Shown here piece after piece: positions 8,817 to 19,084 of a stretch of DNA of 64,000 nt (the first letter of the stretch is position 1; the number at the start of each line of letters is the position of its first letter). This DNA comes from a virus (lineage: Duplodnaviria > Caudoviricetes). Location of the stretch: IMG/VR virus record IMGVR_UViG_3300021959_007005. One strand, written 5' to 3'. Below the pieces are notes generated by a model, which made no database searches, was not told where the DNA came from, and saw nothing but the letters and a program-made list of their open reading frames with translations. A program made the translations under genes and the position numbers.

Positions 8817-9833
8817 ATGGAAGTATTAACTTTTTTAAAGCAACAGATACCGTCTGGCTGGAAACAAACTCCTAGTGGGTGGATAAGTGGCAACTGTACC
8901 ATGTGTAATAAACGTGGGCATAGTCCAGATAAGCGCAAACGTGGCGGTATTATATTCAGTGAAGATAAGTTTAGCTATAATTGTTTTAACTGTGGCTTTA
9001 AAACTGGCTGGAGTGTTGGGTCACGTATTGGTGATAAACTTGCTGAATTACTACAAACATTTGGTACAGACATGGCTCAGATTCAGCGTGTTAACTTTGA
9101 AATACTTAAACAGGAAAAAGAATCAGATATAGCTGGACAATTTTTAAATACACAAAAAGAAAAAGTTGTTTGTCTAGATTGGCAGTTAAAAGATTTGCCC
9201 ATGGATGCAGTTCGTATTGGTGAGGTTGATGTCGCTAAGTTAAATGATGATAAGTTAGATAAATTAACCCGAGCATGCACTTATCTAGTAGAACGTGGCC
9301 TGGATCATTATGAACATTGGTATTGGTCTCCACATATGCATTTTGCAAGTAGAGTAATTTTACCATTTTATTATAAAGGAAAGATAGTAGGATACACAGC
9401 AAGATGGTGTGGGAACGATCGACCAGATAAAATGCCAAAATACTATAACCAAATGCCTAGTAATTTTGTATATAATTTGGATGAGCAAGAAAAACATCAA
9501 TATGTTATTGTAACAGAAGGACAACTTGATGCACTTCAAGTTGGCGGAGTTGCGCTAGCTGGAAACACACCTAATGACACGCAATGCGCTATTATTAATC
9601 AATTAGGTAAACAAGTTGTGTTGTTGCCAGATTTTGACGCTGCTGGTAAAGAAACAATTGAAATAGCAATTAAACACGGCTGGGCTGTAAGTTTTCCTCC
9701 CTGGGAAGATGTTAAAGATGCATGTGATGCAGTAAACAAATATGGAAGATTATTCACAGTTAGGAGTGTATTAGAAAGTGTCGAGACAAGTAGCACGAAG
9801 ATTAAGATCTTGGCAAAGTCAAGATGCAAATAG
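8817..9833 (+). CDS. DNA primase (Zn ribbon plus TOPRIM)
   Basis: CTMC..YNCFNC; IVGYTAR; VTEGQLDA; PDFD; KDACDA. Confidence 0.85.
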   Translation: MEVLTFLKQQIPSGWKQTPSGWISGNCTMCNKRGHSPDKRKRGGIIFSEDKFSYNCFNCGFKTGWSVGSRIGDKLAELLQTFGTDMAQIQRVNFEILKQEKESDIAGQFLNTQKEKVVCLDWQLKDLPMDAVRIGEVDVAKLNDDKLDKLTRACTYLVERGLDHYEHWYWSPHMHFASRVILPFYYKGKIVGYTARWCGNDRPDKMPKYYNQMPSNFVYNLDEQEKHQYVIVTEGQLDALQVGGVALAGNTPNDTQCAIINQLGKQVVLLPDFDAAGKETIEIAIKHGWAVSFPPWEDVKDACDAVNKYGRLFTVRSVLESVETSSTKIKILAKSRCK

Positions 9834-9849
9834 TATAGAGTATTTAGAT

Positions 9850-10083
9850 ATGAAACATGTTAGTGCGTACACTGATTTACAAAGTTGTTGGACTAAATAT
9901 TTTGCTTGGTTACCAAAGCGTAGCAATGGTAACGACAAGTTTATTTGGTTGACATCTTACTACGAATACGCTATAACTATGGATATGAATGGCGCAGTGC
10001 CAATTAAAGGCACCGCTTGGCGGATGATCTATACTCGGGAAGAATACATCACAAAGAAGTTGCAAGGAGATATGAATGAGTGA
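9850..10083 (+). CDS. hypothetical protein
   Basis: W..YFAWLP..W pattern; start moved to ATG 9850. Confidence 0.5.
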   Translation: MKHVSAYTDLQSCWTKYFAWLPKRSNGNDKFIWLTSYYEYAITMDMNGAVPIKGTAWRMIYTREEYITKKLQGDMNE

Positions 10084-11470
10084 AGATTACAGCGCAGACC
10101 TACAACAGTTATACTTGGAGTTCTTATTGGCTGACAAGGATCTGTTTGTGCGGTGTAATGCTATCTTAGAAAGCAGTTACTTTGACAGACAATTCAGAGA
10201 CACAGTAGATTTTATACAAAAACATGCAGATGAATACAACGATGTTCCCATGCTAGAGCAAGTTAAAGGCGTAGCTGGTGTTGAAATATCTGATGTGCGA
10301 GACAAACTAACCACAGAACATAAAAATTGGTTTATGGATAACTTTGAACAGTTCTGTAGACACAAAGCGTTGGAAGCAGCAATTCTAAAAAGTGCTGATA
10401 TGTTAGAGAACAAAGAGTATGGTACAGTAGAAGGCATCATCAAAGCGGCAACAGAGATTGGACTTGCTAAGAACTTTGGTACAAACTATTGGGATGATCC
10501 TGCAGGACGCATTCAAAGCATCAAAGACAACAGAGGACAGAATAGTAGTGGCTGGGAGACATTTGATAGAGTATTGTATGGTGGATTTAATCCAGGCGAA
10601 TTAAACATCTTTGCAGGTGGTAGTGGTAGTGGTAAGAGTTTGTTTATGCAGAACTTAGCACTAAACTGGGCGTTGCAAGGTAAAAACGTTGTGTACATCA
10701 GTTTAGAACTTAGTGAAGAACTGTGTGCTATGAGATTGGATGCTATGCTTACAGGCATGAGCACCAAAGACGTAATGAAGAATAGTAGCGATGTTGAGTT
10801 ACAAGTTAAGATGGCCAGTAAGAAAGCAGGTAAACTACAAGTAATACAAATGAAGAATGGTACTACTGTTAACGACATCAAAGCATACATGAGAGAATAT
10901 CAGATACAGCACAACTTGCATGTTGATGCACTACTGGTTGACTATTTGGATCTTATGATGCCAGTTACAGTTAAAGTTAATCCAAGCGATCAATTTATTA
11001 AAGATAAATTTGTTAGTGAAGAATTGCGCAATTTAGCAACTGAGCTGGGCATATTATTTGTAACTGCATCACAGTTAAACCGTGGTGCTGTTGATGAGAT
11101 TGAATTTGATCATAGCCATATTGCTGGAGGTATTAGTAAGATCAATACAGCAGATAACTTAATTGGTATCTTTAGTAGCAGGCCAATGCGAGAGCGTGGT
11201 AGAGTACAAATACAATTTATGAAAACACGTAGTAGTAGTGGAGTTGGTAGTAAACTAGATTTATCGTTTAATATTGATAGTTTACGGATACAGGATTTAG
11301 ATGAAAGTGAACGTGATGATCCAAATAGTGACACTACAAGCATATATCAAAAATTAAAAACAAAATCAACTATTGAAGCAGGGGAAAGCGTAACAGAAAA
11401 TAATATGACAGCTGATCCACAAATAAATCCAACTGACAGACTTAAAAGTTTATTAAGAAAGAGCGAGTAA
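10076..11470 (+). CDS. replicative DNA helicase (DnaB/T4 gp41-like)
   Basis: GGSGSGKS, ISLELSEE, LVDYLDL, TASQLNR, MKTRSS; no intein. Confidence 0.9.
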   Translation: MSEDYSADLQQLYLEFLLADKDLFVRCNAILESSYFDRQFRDTVDFIQKHADEYNDVPMLEQVKGVAGVEISDVRDKLTTEHKNWFMDNFEQFCRHKALEAAILKSADMLENKEYGTVEGIIKAATEIGLAKNFGTNYWDDPAGRIQSIKDNRGQNSSGWETFDRVLYGGFNPGELNIFAGGSGSGKSLFMQNLALNWALQGKNVVYISLELSEELCAMRLDAMLTGMSTKDVMKNSSDVELQVKMASKKAGKLQVIQMKNGTTVNDIKAYMREYQIQHNLHVDALLVDYLDLMMPVTVKVNPSDQFIKDKFVSEELRNLATELGILFVTASQLNRGAVDEIEFDHSHIAGGISKINTADNLIGIFSSRPMRERGRVQIQFMKTRSSSGVGSKLDLSFNIDSLRIQDLDESERDDPNSDTTSIYQKLKTKSTIEAGESVTENNMTADPQINPTDRLKSLLRKSE

Positions 11471-11471
11471 T

Positions 11472-11873
11472 ATGAGATTGATCAGCAACACTGAACTAGA
11501 TTTACTTAATAATGATCCAGTAAGACCTCATATTAATAAAATAGACATAGGTAAACAAGTATATGTATTAGATGACTTGACAGCCGTAATATGTATATGC
11601 TACTGTACGGGCATACCAACTAATGAGTTAGAGTTGGAAGAATATCGTGACGATACTGGAACGGTTGCAGTAGCATATACCGTATGGAGTAGTAAAAAAG
11701 GTGCAGGTAGAACCATCGTTAATAATTTATTGGGTATAGTAAAGGAAAAACATGTAAAAAAATTGGTTACATTAAGCCCATTAACAGATATGGCGGAACA
11801 TTTTCATATTAGTAATGGTGCAAAGTTAATTGGCAAAAGTGATACTTGCCAAAACTTTGAATACGCAGTTTAG
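11472..11873 (+). CDS. hypothetical protein, possible GNAT-like fold
   Basis: KKGAGR..VTLSP..A.HFH..NGA pattern. Confidence 0.5.
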   Translation: MRLISNTELDLLNNDPVRPHINKIDIGKQVYVLDDLTAVICICYCTGIPTNELELEEYRDDTGTVAVAYTVWSSKKGAGRTIVNNLLGIVKEKHVKKLVTLSPLTDMAEHFHISNGAKLIGKSDTCQNFEYAV

Positions 11874-11874
11874 T

Positions 11875-12042
11875 GTTGAAGCAAAGGTGCAGTGTACCTT
11901 ATCTTTTATATATGTGGTCCTGAACTATTAACCTGTAGTAGGCCAATTTAAGCGTTGGTGAATTAATCTTATCGTTAACGGATCCTATGTTCTAATACCA
12001 GTTTCTGCAATTGCCATAAGTGCTAATCACCAATGCCTCAAC
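11875..12042. ncRNA. candidate structured element (168 nt)
   Basis: closing stem gttgaagca/tgcctcaac, stacked ttggtga/tcaccaa, hairpin aaggtgc/gtacctt; strand ambiguous. Confidence 0.4.
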
Positions 12043-12067
12043 TAAACTTATTTAACTTAACTTTAAC

Positions 12068-12073
12068 TAAATA
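12068..12073 (+). promoter_or_regulatory. T4-type late promoter motif TAAATA (representative)
   Basis: same motif just upstream of starts at 8006, 14209, 15424, 15877, 17241 (TATAAATA), 19763, 24964, 32264, 37066, 39493, 43003, 48283, 51200, 53504, 58781. Confidence 0.65.
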
Positions 12074-12081
12074 GTGTTACA

Positions 12082-12321
12082 ATGAAAAGAAAAACTAGAT
12101 CTTTACTGGAAGAAATTAATTCTATGTCACCCAAGCGTGACAAGAAGCAAATTGTTGAGAGTAATGCACAACAAGTAATTGGTACAGCAATACATCTTAT
12201 TGATTTAATAAATGAATCGTTCGACGAAGAAACAGCTAACGACCTTAACAAACGTTTAATTAACAGTATTAGGGCAAAAGACCCACGTAAGTTTCAACGA
12301 GGTATTGGTAAAGTATTATGA
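12082..12321 (+). CDS. hypothetical late protein
   Basis: 79 aa ORF behind TAAATA. Confidence 0.6.
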   Translation: MKRKTRSLLEEINSMSPKRDKKQIVESNAQQVIGTAIHLIDLINESFDEETANDLNKRLINSIRAKDPRKFQRGIGKVL

Positions 12322-13151
12322 AAGTATCTGATATAATTGTTGGCGAAAAGTCACGTAAAATACGTAACAAGCGCCAAGTAAGAATTAATGGAAATAGTTT
12401 ACTGGCTAAAAGTGGTAAACATGCTATTAAACGTCTTAGTGAAAAAAATGCAATACCTGGTTCACTAGAAGTACCACATGAAATTATGCCAAGTTTGGTA
12501 AAAATAATTAACAGCGTTCTAGCAAAAACCAATAGCACAGGCATACCCATTGGAAGTGGCGCAACTCCTATACCCGGAGAGACCAGTGGTGATATAGACA
12601 TAATTGTTGATGTTAATGATCTTAAAAAGCACTTTAAGATGGAAGACCAAACTGATGGAGTTATTAGAAAAAAGCTAAAACAATTATTTGATTTAGCTGG
12701 ATTTCAAACAGTACAAACTGGTGTTATTGTTCATGTTGGACTTAACGTAAAAGGTAACTTATATCAAGCAGATGTTATGGTTGTACCTAATGCAGCCAAT
12801 GCGGCACAATTTCATACACACAATATTCCAAAAGGCAGTCCTTTCAAAGGTACTAACAAGCATCAGCTGCTGAGTATTATTGCTAGAGAAAAAGGTATGC
12901 TGTGGAGTAACTATGTTGGATTGTTTAAACGTTTACCAAACGGTAAAAAAGATCCCAACGGATTTATTACCAGTGATATTAATAAAATTGCACAATTATT
13001 ATTGGGTCCAAACGCAAAACCACTTGACATGGGGAGCGTAGAAGCTATAGTATCAGCATTAGGCGATGCAGGACAAGACCTGTTAGCAAACATTAGAGCA
13101 AATGATCCTAACTGGAAAGAAAAAACTAATGAGACTGCAATCAATCCTTAA
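12318..13151 (+). CDS. Pol-beta superfamily nucleotidyltransferase
   Basis: IPIGSGA..SGDIDIIVD motif, third Asp in YQADVM. Confidence 0.65.
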   Translation: MKVSDIIVGEKSRKIRNKRQVRINGNSLLAKSGKHAIKRLSEKNAIPGSLEVPHEIMPSLVKIINSVLAKTNSTGIPIGSGATPIPGETSGDIDIIVDVNDLKKHFKMEDQTDGVIRKKLKQLFDLAGFQTVQTGVIVHVGLNVKGNLYQADVMVVPNAANAAQFHTHNIPKGSPFKGTNKHQLLSIIAREKGMLWSNYVGLFKRLPNGKKDPNGFITSDINKIAQLLLGPNAKPLDMGSVEAIVSALGDAGQDLLANIRANDPNWKEKTNETAINP

Positions 13152-14211
13152 AGAATCTACCTCTAAAGGTAGAGAGTATAATCATTTAGAAGACCTTGTA
13201 TTTTTTGAAGGATCCAGTGGTGCATTTAAAGCAGCACAGTTACTAACACGTCTTGGACAGGATACTGGTGATGTTAGTATTAAATGGGATGGCAGTCCAA
13301 CTATATTTTGGGGACGTCAACCAAATGGTACATTTGTATTAGTAGGCAAAAATGGTTGGGGTAAGCGTATGAGTACCACACCAGAAGATTTATCAGATTA
13401 TATTTTAAATACTGGAAAAGGTGAAGATTGGCGTAAAGAATTTGCAGCAGGCATGAGTTCTCTTTTTGCTATTATGGAAGATAGTACTCCTGCTGATATG
13501 CGTGGATATGTGTATGGAGATCTATTGTTCCATCCAGGAAAGCCAGCAGTTAAAAATAAAGATAGTATAACATTTAAGCCTAATAATGTAACATATACTG
13601 TTGACAGTCAAAGCCCATTGGGACAAAAAATGTCTAAAAGTAGTGTTTGTGTAGTAGTACATACTTGGCATGATGCATTTGGTGACAAGGTTGGAACACC
13701 AATTAAAGCACCAAAAAAACTTAATAGTGAGTTAGTAACAGTATTAGGACAAACATATGTTACCCAAACTCCTGCTATAGATACTAGTGCAGTTGAAAAT
13801 ATTGTAAACACAACACGAAACAATAGCACTAAGATTGATAATTGGCTAGCACCAGAACAAGGATTGAGTAGGAAAGATCAAATACTTTATACCTATGTTA
13901 ATCAAATGACTAAGATGGGCAAACTAGACCAGATACGTAGTGGATTTTTTGATTGGCTTAAACAAAGTAAAGTAAGTCCAGGCCAACAAACTAAGTTAAT
14001 GTCTAATGACAGTCAAGGACTTGATATTATATTAGATTTAGTTGCACAAATACAGACAGCAAAAAATAATATAATTGATCAATTAGATGCTACTAGCACT
14101 GATGTTAAAGCAGTGACTGGTAATAAGCCAGGCGGCGAAGGATATGTAGTTACTAGGGATAAAATTAAGCTAGTACCTAGAGATAGATGGACACCAGTTC
14201 AAGTTGGATAA
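13129..14211 (+). CDS. ATP-dependent ligase-like (RNA ligase fold) protein
   Basis: motif I SIKWDG, III YGDLLF, IV GEGYVV, V IKLV; start moved to ATG 13129. Confidence 0.6.
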   Translation: MRLQSILKESTSKGREYNHLEDLVFFEGSSGAFKAAQLLTRLGQDTGDVSIKWDGSPTIFWGRQPNGTFVLVGKNGWGKRMSTTPEDLSDYILNTGKGEDWRKEFAAGMSSLFAIMEDSTPADMRGYVYGDLLFHPGKPAVKNKDSITFKPNNVTYTVDSQSPLGQKMSKSSVCVVVHTWHDAFGDKVGTPIKAPKKLNSELVTVLGQTYVTQTPAIDTSAVENIVNTTRNNSTKIDNWLAPEQGLSRKDQILYTYVNQMTKMGKLDQIRSGFFDWLKQSKVSPGQQTKLMSNDSQGLDIILDLVAQIQTAKNNIIDQLDATSTDVKAVTGNKPGGEGYVVTRDKIKLVPRDRWTPVQVG

Positions 14212-14219
14212 ATATTATT

Positions 14220-15005
14220 ATGGAAAAATATACAGCAAAACAATGGTCTGAAATTCAAGGTGGACATACTATGTCCAATAATCAAGAAACTAAATTTGGA
14301 TTTATATCAAACCTTAATGAAAGTAGAATGTATCGTACTAAGCAAAGCGTAGTTGGTACTAATGCCAGAGATATGGCAGATTTTGCTTTTATGAATATGT
14401 TAGCTGTTTATATTCTAAGTAAAGAATACGATTTTGCTCCAGCTATGCAAGGATATGCTAAACGTACTATGATGTTTGGTAATTTTTCTGCATATAGACA
14501 GACTGGTACAGATCTATATATTGCTCTTAATAGCCTACAAAATAATAGTAGCGGTACTAGCGATAAAGATAAAATACAAAATAATAAAATTAGTTTGCCT
14601 GATCAAAAAATTAAAGTATTTTTAAGACAAATAATGACTGGCAGACCAGTGTTGAACCCATCAGCATTTTTTCTTGCATTAGAACGAGGACTTGATATAC
14701 AAAGTTCTAACTATAGAAGTGTTAGAAGATTAGCACAAGACTGGGACAGATTAAACGGTATGCAAAAAAGTTTAGTAGTTACTCGAATGTTACAGTTTTT
14801 TAGAGCTAAAGCATTGCGCAGTGAGCTATACACATATATAAGAGATATGTCAAGAACACAGGGCTTAGAAATTAAAGGTGCAGGTAATGCAGAAGACCCC
14901 AAAGCAAGAGGAGTTGACACACTTAAAAGTGTAGCAGCAAATGTTGCTGTGGCGGCTGGGGGGTTTGCTGCTGGTAGAGCATTTGGTAGACGTATAGCCA
15001 AATAA
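14220..15005 (+). CDS. hypothetical late protein
   Basis: TAAATA-N5-ATG; 261 aa. Confidence 0.6.
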   Translation: MEKYTAKQWSEIQGGHTMSNNQETKFGFISNLNESRMYRTKQSVVGTNARDMADFAFMNMLAVYILSKEYDFAPAMQGYAKRTMMFGNFSAYRQTGTDLYIALNSLQNNSSGTSDKDKIQNNKISLPDQKIKVFLRQIMTGRPVLNPSAFFLALERGLDIQSSNYRSVRRLAQDWDRLNGMQKSLVVTRMLQFFRAKALRSELYTYIRDMSRTQGLEIKGAGNAEDPKARGVDTLKSVAANVAVAAGGFAAGRAFGRRIAK

Positions 15006-15409
15006 TGAATACCTTTATTGCGTACACGCTGGTTGATATTACCAACAGTGGAATTACTAGACCGTTTAATAATATTTTAGCATATAATCAACAACAAAAT
15101 TTAAACACCTTAATACAGACAATTGGGATTAGGAGTCAGCCATTATCGCCAATAGTTGTAGTTGAATCTACACAAGATCTAGTTAAATATCAGTTCGGAA
15201 AGCAGTATAAAGGACTACATACTGTATGGAAAATAAAATTTAGTATAGAACATAGTGACGTTTTTAGTTATAAGGGTAATAGATTACATCATTTATATAA
15301 TGATTCTGATGGTATTGCTATTATATCTAATTTATCAGAAACAGCAAATATTAATACTGGATGTTTTGAAACTACTGACCAGTATAAAATTAACCTGTAC
15401 TTTAAATAG
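15005..15409 (+). CDS. hypothetical protein
   Basis: 134 aa, TAATG coupling. Confidence 0.6.
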   Translation: MNTFIAYTLVDITNSGITRPFNNILAYNQQQNLNTLIQTIGIRSQPLSPIVVVESTQDLVKYQFGKQYKGLHTVWKIKFSIEHSDVFSYKGNRLHHLYNDSDGIAIISNLSETANINTGCFETTDQYKINLYFK

Positions 15410-15568
15410 TCTAAGAATTTTACTAAATAGACGTACGGCAACAAATACTTAGGCAAATGCGGAGTTAGTCACAAGCCTCCGATATCAAAAGGCATTAATA
15501 TTAATTAATTCAATATCAAGATCCATCAACAGTTAAGACACTGGATGAATATAGAGAAGCAATAAATT

Positions 15569-15862
15569 ATGTCCGTAGGATTAGTAACCACCGCTTTAGA
15601 GCGCACAAATTTAGAAGCACATGTTGATCTGTGCGCTGAGAGGTATCGGGTATTGGAAGAAAAAGTTAATAATATTGATCGACGATTAGACGCCATGGCT
15701 GAAAACATGTATGCATTTAGAGACGAAACAAAACAATCTATTGCTGAAATGCGAGAAGAAAATATCAAATCAAATGCGGCGGCAAACAGAATAATAATTA
15801 CTGCGGCGGCAACCGTAGTAGCTGGTGTATTGAGTACACTAGTTGTACTAGTAATGTCCTAA
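15569..15862 (+). CDS. coiled-coil protein with C-terminal TM helix
   Basis: LEAHVDLCAERY, heptads, hydrophobic C-terminus. Confidence 0.6.
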   Translation: MSVGLVTTALERTNLEAHVDLCAERYRVLEEKVNNIDRRLDAMAENMYAFRDETKQSIAEMREENIKSNAAANRIIITAAATVVAGVLSTLVVLVMS

Positions 15863-15887
15863 TAATCTTTCCCACATAAATAGTATT

Positions 15888-16181
15888 ATGAATTTAAATG
15901 AATTACATAATGACACTGTGATTGAAGCACAACTTGTTTGGGCGAGGAAAGGTAATCAACTTACTCGTAAATACAGATGCACAGTAGGACAACGTGCTGG
16001 TAGGCTAGTTTCTAAGCCTGGTCAGTGTAGCGCACCTATTGATATCAAAAAAAGAATGACATTAAAAAGAACTAAAGCTAAGTTTGGAAAGAAAATGGCA
16101 CGTAAAGCAGCCAAGACAAAAAAGTTTAATCCAGCAAGCAAAGCACTGAAACGTTTAAACAAACCAGCGAGAAGAAAATGA
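15888..16181 (+). CDS. very basic late protein
   Basis: K/R-rich C-half, TAAATA-N5-ATG. Confidence 0.6.
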   Translation: MNLNELHNDTVIEAQLVWARKGNQLTRKYRCTVGQRAGRLVSKPGQCSAPIDIKKRMTLKRTKAKFGKKMARKAAKTKKFNPASKALKRLNKPARRK

Positions 16182-16537
16182 AGATATTTGAAGTTATTGC
16201 AGAAGATAAAAAGACTTGGATGAAGGATGGCGTTGAAATGTGCAGCAAAGACTGTTGCGGTCAACCTGTTACTGAATGCGAATGCGGTCCAGATTGCAAA
16301 CATTGTGATTGTTATAAAGTAAATGAAGGATATGGTATGCGTAAGGGCACAGCAATGGCACGTACCCAAACTAGTACTAGTATAAATTCTAATAAGCGGG
16401 CAAATAATAGTGCTAGAAATAATGCAGACGAGATTAATATTTCTACAAAAAGACAACAAAGAAAAATAGACCGAAATGCAAAAGTACAGCCAACTGGAAT
16501 ACCTATTAGAGCAATAGAACCGGAAGCAGGTGTATAA
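16178..16537 (+). CDS. Cys-cluster hypothetical late protein
   Basis: CSKDCCGQPVTECECGPDCKHCDC; MKIFEVI N-terminus. Confidence 0.6.
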   Translation: MKIFEVIAEDKKTWMKDGVEMCSKDCCGQPVTECECGPDCKHCDCYKVNEGYGMRKGTAMARTQTSTSINSNKRANNSARNNADEINISTKRQQRKIDRNAKVQPTGIPIRAIEPEAGV

Positions 16538-16761
16538 TGCGTAGTATGGTAACCAAAGGCGGGATACTTACTTGGATCAATGTCGTTGAAAGCGAATTCA
16601 TTGAGTCCCACTTTTCTGGAGATGTTTTACTAGAACAAACAAATTTAAATGAGCGTGAAAAATATATTGCACAAACACTCGTTGGACGAGGCGTCCTAGA
16701 TAAAGTAGTTAGTGGCAAACAAGTCAATTATAAACTAAACATTAATAAATTTGGACAATAA
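16537..16761 (+). CDS. small winged-helix-like hypothetical protein
   Basis: LNEREKYIAQTLVGRGVL pattern. Confidence 0.5.
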   Translation: MRSMVTKGGILTWINVVESEFIESHFSGDVLLEQTNLNEREKYIAQTLVGRGVLDKVVSGKQVNYKLNINKFGQ

Positions 16762-16763
16762 TT

Positions 16764-17243
16764 ATGCAGATGCGAGAAATTATAGATACACTATCAAAAA
16801 TAGACTTAGTTACTCAACAACTTGTTGAAGAATCGTATAATGATATGGATCTTGAAGTAGCAATTACTAGTAAAATTACAGAAAATAGTATCACTATACA
16901 AAAATATAGAATTGATATTATTTTAAATGAATTTGCCAGTAAACAAAAGAAATTTTATAATATTGTAGATACTACTAATAATGAAATAATTTATGAACAC
17001 TTGGGACTATTTGAAACTGCTAAAGGAATAGTTAAAAAATTATTGTCTGGATCTAACACTGGGTCGCAAGAATTGCGCCAATTAAAATTATTAGATGACG
17101 CATATAGTAATGCCTTATATGAAGTTTGGATGTATAAGAATAAAGCTAGCACAGGTATCAATGAAGACGTTATGATTGCTAAAATGAGTAATGCAAAACA
17201 CAAATTACAAGAAACAAAACGAAAAATATTAAAGAACTTATAA
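16764..17243 (+). CDS. hypothetical late protein
   Basis: 159 aa ORF in operon. Confidence 0.55.
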   Translation: MQMREIIDTLSKIDLVTQQLVEESYNDMDLEVAITSKITENSITIQKYRIDIILNEFASKQKKFYNIVDTTNNEIIYEHLGLFETAKGIVKKLLSGSNTGSQELRQLKLLDDAYSNALYEVWMYKNKASTGINEDVMIAKMSNAKHKLQETKRKILKNL

Positions 17244-17269
17244 ATATACTAAAGGATGGGAATGGTAAC

Positions 17270-18115
17270 ATGTACTTAAACGATTTAAATTCAGCACAGC
17301 ATAGTGTGCAAAAACTAAACAAGGTTCTAGCTGATAGTTTTGACCATGAGGTTAACTTGGCAGAAATGAGCTTTGGTAGCTTAGAGAAAATGTTAAACAC
17401 AACAAACGCTAAAATTCAATCAATTAAAGAAAGCAATGCAACATATTGGGAAAATCCACAATATAATAAATTAAGTTTAATCTCGCATACACTTTCAACA
17501 TATATTACTGAAATTGCACCAGGGCGTTCAGATGGTAAAACCAAAAGAACAATGGAAAGCACAGTAATGGAAGCAGATTTGGAACAAGCAGAAGTATTAT
17601 TGGCAGCAAGAGAATTGGTTGATCAACTTCAAGATATGGCAGAGGATATTGCTAAAATGCAAGTTCAAGAATTAATGCCAATTGTTGATGCAATGAAGGA
17701 TCAACTTGGATTCGAGCAAGCTGAAGCATACAATGCAGTAGCAGATGCAACATTGGGTGCCTTACTTGATGCAGCAAAAGCAGCAAAAACATCACTAGAT
17801 GATGCAACACTTAGTGCAGAAGGCAAACCAACATCAGGTGCAACTGACATGGCTATGGAACCAGACATGGATATGGACATGGACATGGATACTGATGAGG
17901 ACGAGTTTGCAGGAGATGAAGCCGCAGCAGGTGAAGAAAACGCTGTAGGTCGAGAACTTAAAGACGAAAGTGTTCTTTCTAATATGGAAGGCGAAGCATT
18001 AGCTGAGAAAAAGTTTTTAGAGAGTAAAGATAAACTTTTCACTATGGTAAAAGAAGGTAAACTAACACAAGAGCAGTTTATTAATATTATTAGTGAGTTT
18101 GATAAGGCAAAGTAA
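17270..18115 (+). CDS. acidic helical late protein (scaffold/internal head-like)
   Basis: TATAAATA upstream; acidic, (DM)n linker, many Glu. Confidence 0.5.
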   Translation: MYLNDLNSAQHSVQKLNKVLADSFDHEVNLAEMSFGSLEKMLNTTNAKIQSIKESNATYWENPQYNKLSLISHTLSTYITEIAPGRSDGKTKRTMESTVMEADLEQAEVLLAARELVDQLQDMAEDIAKMQVQELMPIVDAMKDQLGFEQAEAYNAVADATLGALLDAAKAAKTSLDDATLSAEGKPTSGATDMAMEPDMDMDMDMDTDEDEFAGDEAAAGEENAVGRELKDESVLSNMEGEALAEKKFLESKDKLFTMVKEGKLTQEQFINIISEFDKAK

Positions 18116-18432
18116 TGAAGATATTTGAAGTCATAGGCGGAACATTACCACAGGATGACATTATTGATGCTATTCAAGAATTTGTGGCTAGAGCAAAAGC
18201 AAGAAATTTGGCAAAGATTAGTACACCAATGTTATTGGGAAAACTCCAGTCTCAAGGCTTCAGCATTGAAATGGAAACATTAATTCCTATACTCAGTTCA
18301 ATATCAAGTGTAGGGTCAGCAAATGAAAAAACAGTCACTCTGGATATCGCAATCCCCCCATCCGTTGATGATCCAGAGGATGATACCGTTAGTAAGCTAG
18401 CTAGTAGACAAATGAAGAAAGATATGAAATGA
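18115..18432 (+). CDS. hypothetical late protein
   Basis: MKIFEVI N-terminus, coupled start. Confidence 0.55.
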   Translation: MKIFEVIGGTLPQDDIIDAIQEFVARAKARNLAKISTPMLLGKLQSQGFSIEMETLIPILSSISSVGSANEKTVTLDIAIPPSVDDPEDDTVSKLASRQMKKDMK

Positions 18433-19046
18433 GTTATTATATTAATAAAAATGAAGCAAGGGCTACTGCTAGAAATGACCTAACAATTTTTAATGAAGTA
18501 CAGGCATTAATGAAACAAGTAATCACAGATGCTGGAAATGGGTTGTACCAAACAACTATATCAGATGCTACAACGATGACTGAATCTACCCCATCAGTGA
18601 CAGTTATTGGTGCGTCTGATCCTACAATTACTGGAACGCCAACTCTTATAATAGCAGGACACACAACTACATTAGGTGCAACTGGAACAAATTTAAATTC
18701 TATTATTGCAGACATCAATGATGCATCAATTTCTGGATTGGTTGCTAGTAAGAATACAAATAATAATTTAATATTAACATATCAAGCACCAGCATCTACG
18801 ACTTGGAGTGTAGAAGTTGGATCTGGTACAGCTAATACTGAACTGGGTCTTACGTCAGGTATTACATATGCTACTGATCCGTCAAGTGTCAGTTACAATA
18901 GTGTATGGCAAGGCAACGTTGCTGATAGAGCTAAGACAGACCAAATGAATCAAGTTGAATTATATTTTAAAAACTTAGGATATTCAATTGACCGTGTTAC
19001 AAATTCAGTTACTGGAAAAACATTTAAATGGGTAATTAGTTATTAA
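18429..19046 (+). CDS. putative virion structural protein
   Basis: T/S/G-rich beta composition. Confidence 0.5.
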   Translation: MSYYINKNEARATARNDLTIFNEVQALMKQVITDAGNGLYQTTISDATTMTESTPSVTVIGASDPTITGTPTLIIAGHTTTLGATGTNLNSIIADINDASISGLVASKNTNNNLILTYQAPASTTWSVEVGSGTANTELGLTSGITYATDPSSVSYNSVWQGNVADRAKTDQMNQVELYFKNLGYSIDRVTNSVTGKTFKWVISY

Positions 19047-19055
19047 TCATTACTA

Positions 19056-19084
19056 TTGACAAAACATATTATTAATGTTATTTT
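19056..19084 (+). promoter_or_regulatory. sigma70 promoter of exonuclease
   Basis: TTGACA-17-TGt-TATTTT, ATG 6 nt downstream. Confidence 0.65.

Noticed and set aside
15452-15500. GGCAAA..AAGCCUCCG resembling a c-di-GMP-I riboswitch
   Set aside because: No GNRA-capped P2 or receptor helix; cggag simply pairs with ctccg as a local hairpin.
17866-17895. gacatggat/gacatg tandem repeats
   Set aside because: In-frame (DM)n low-complexity linker, not a CRISPR or regulatory repeat.
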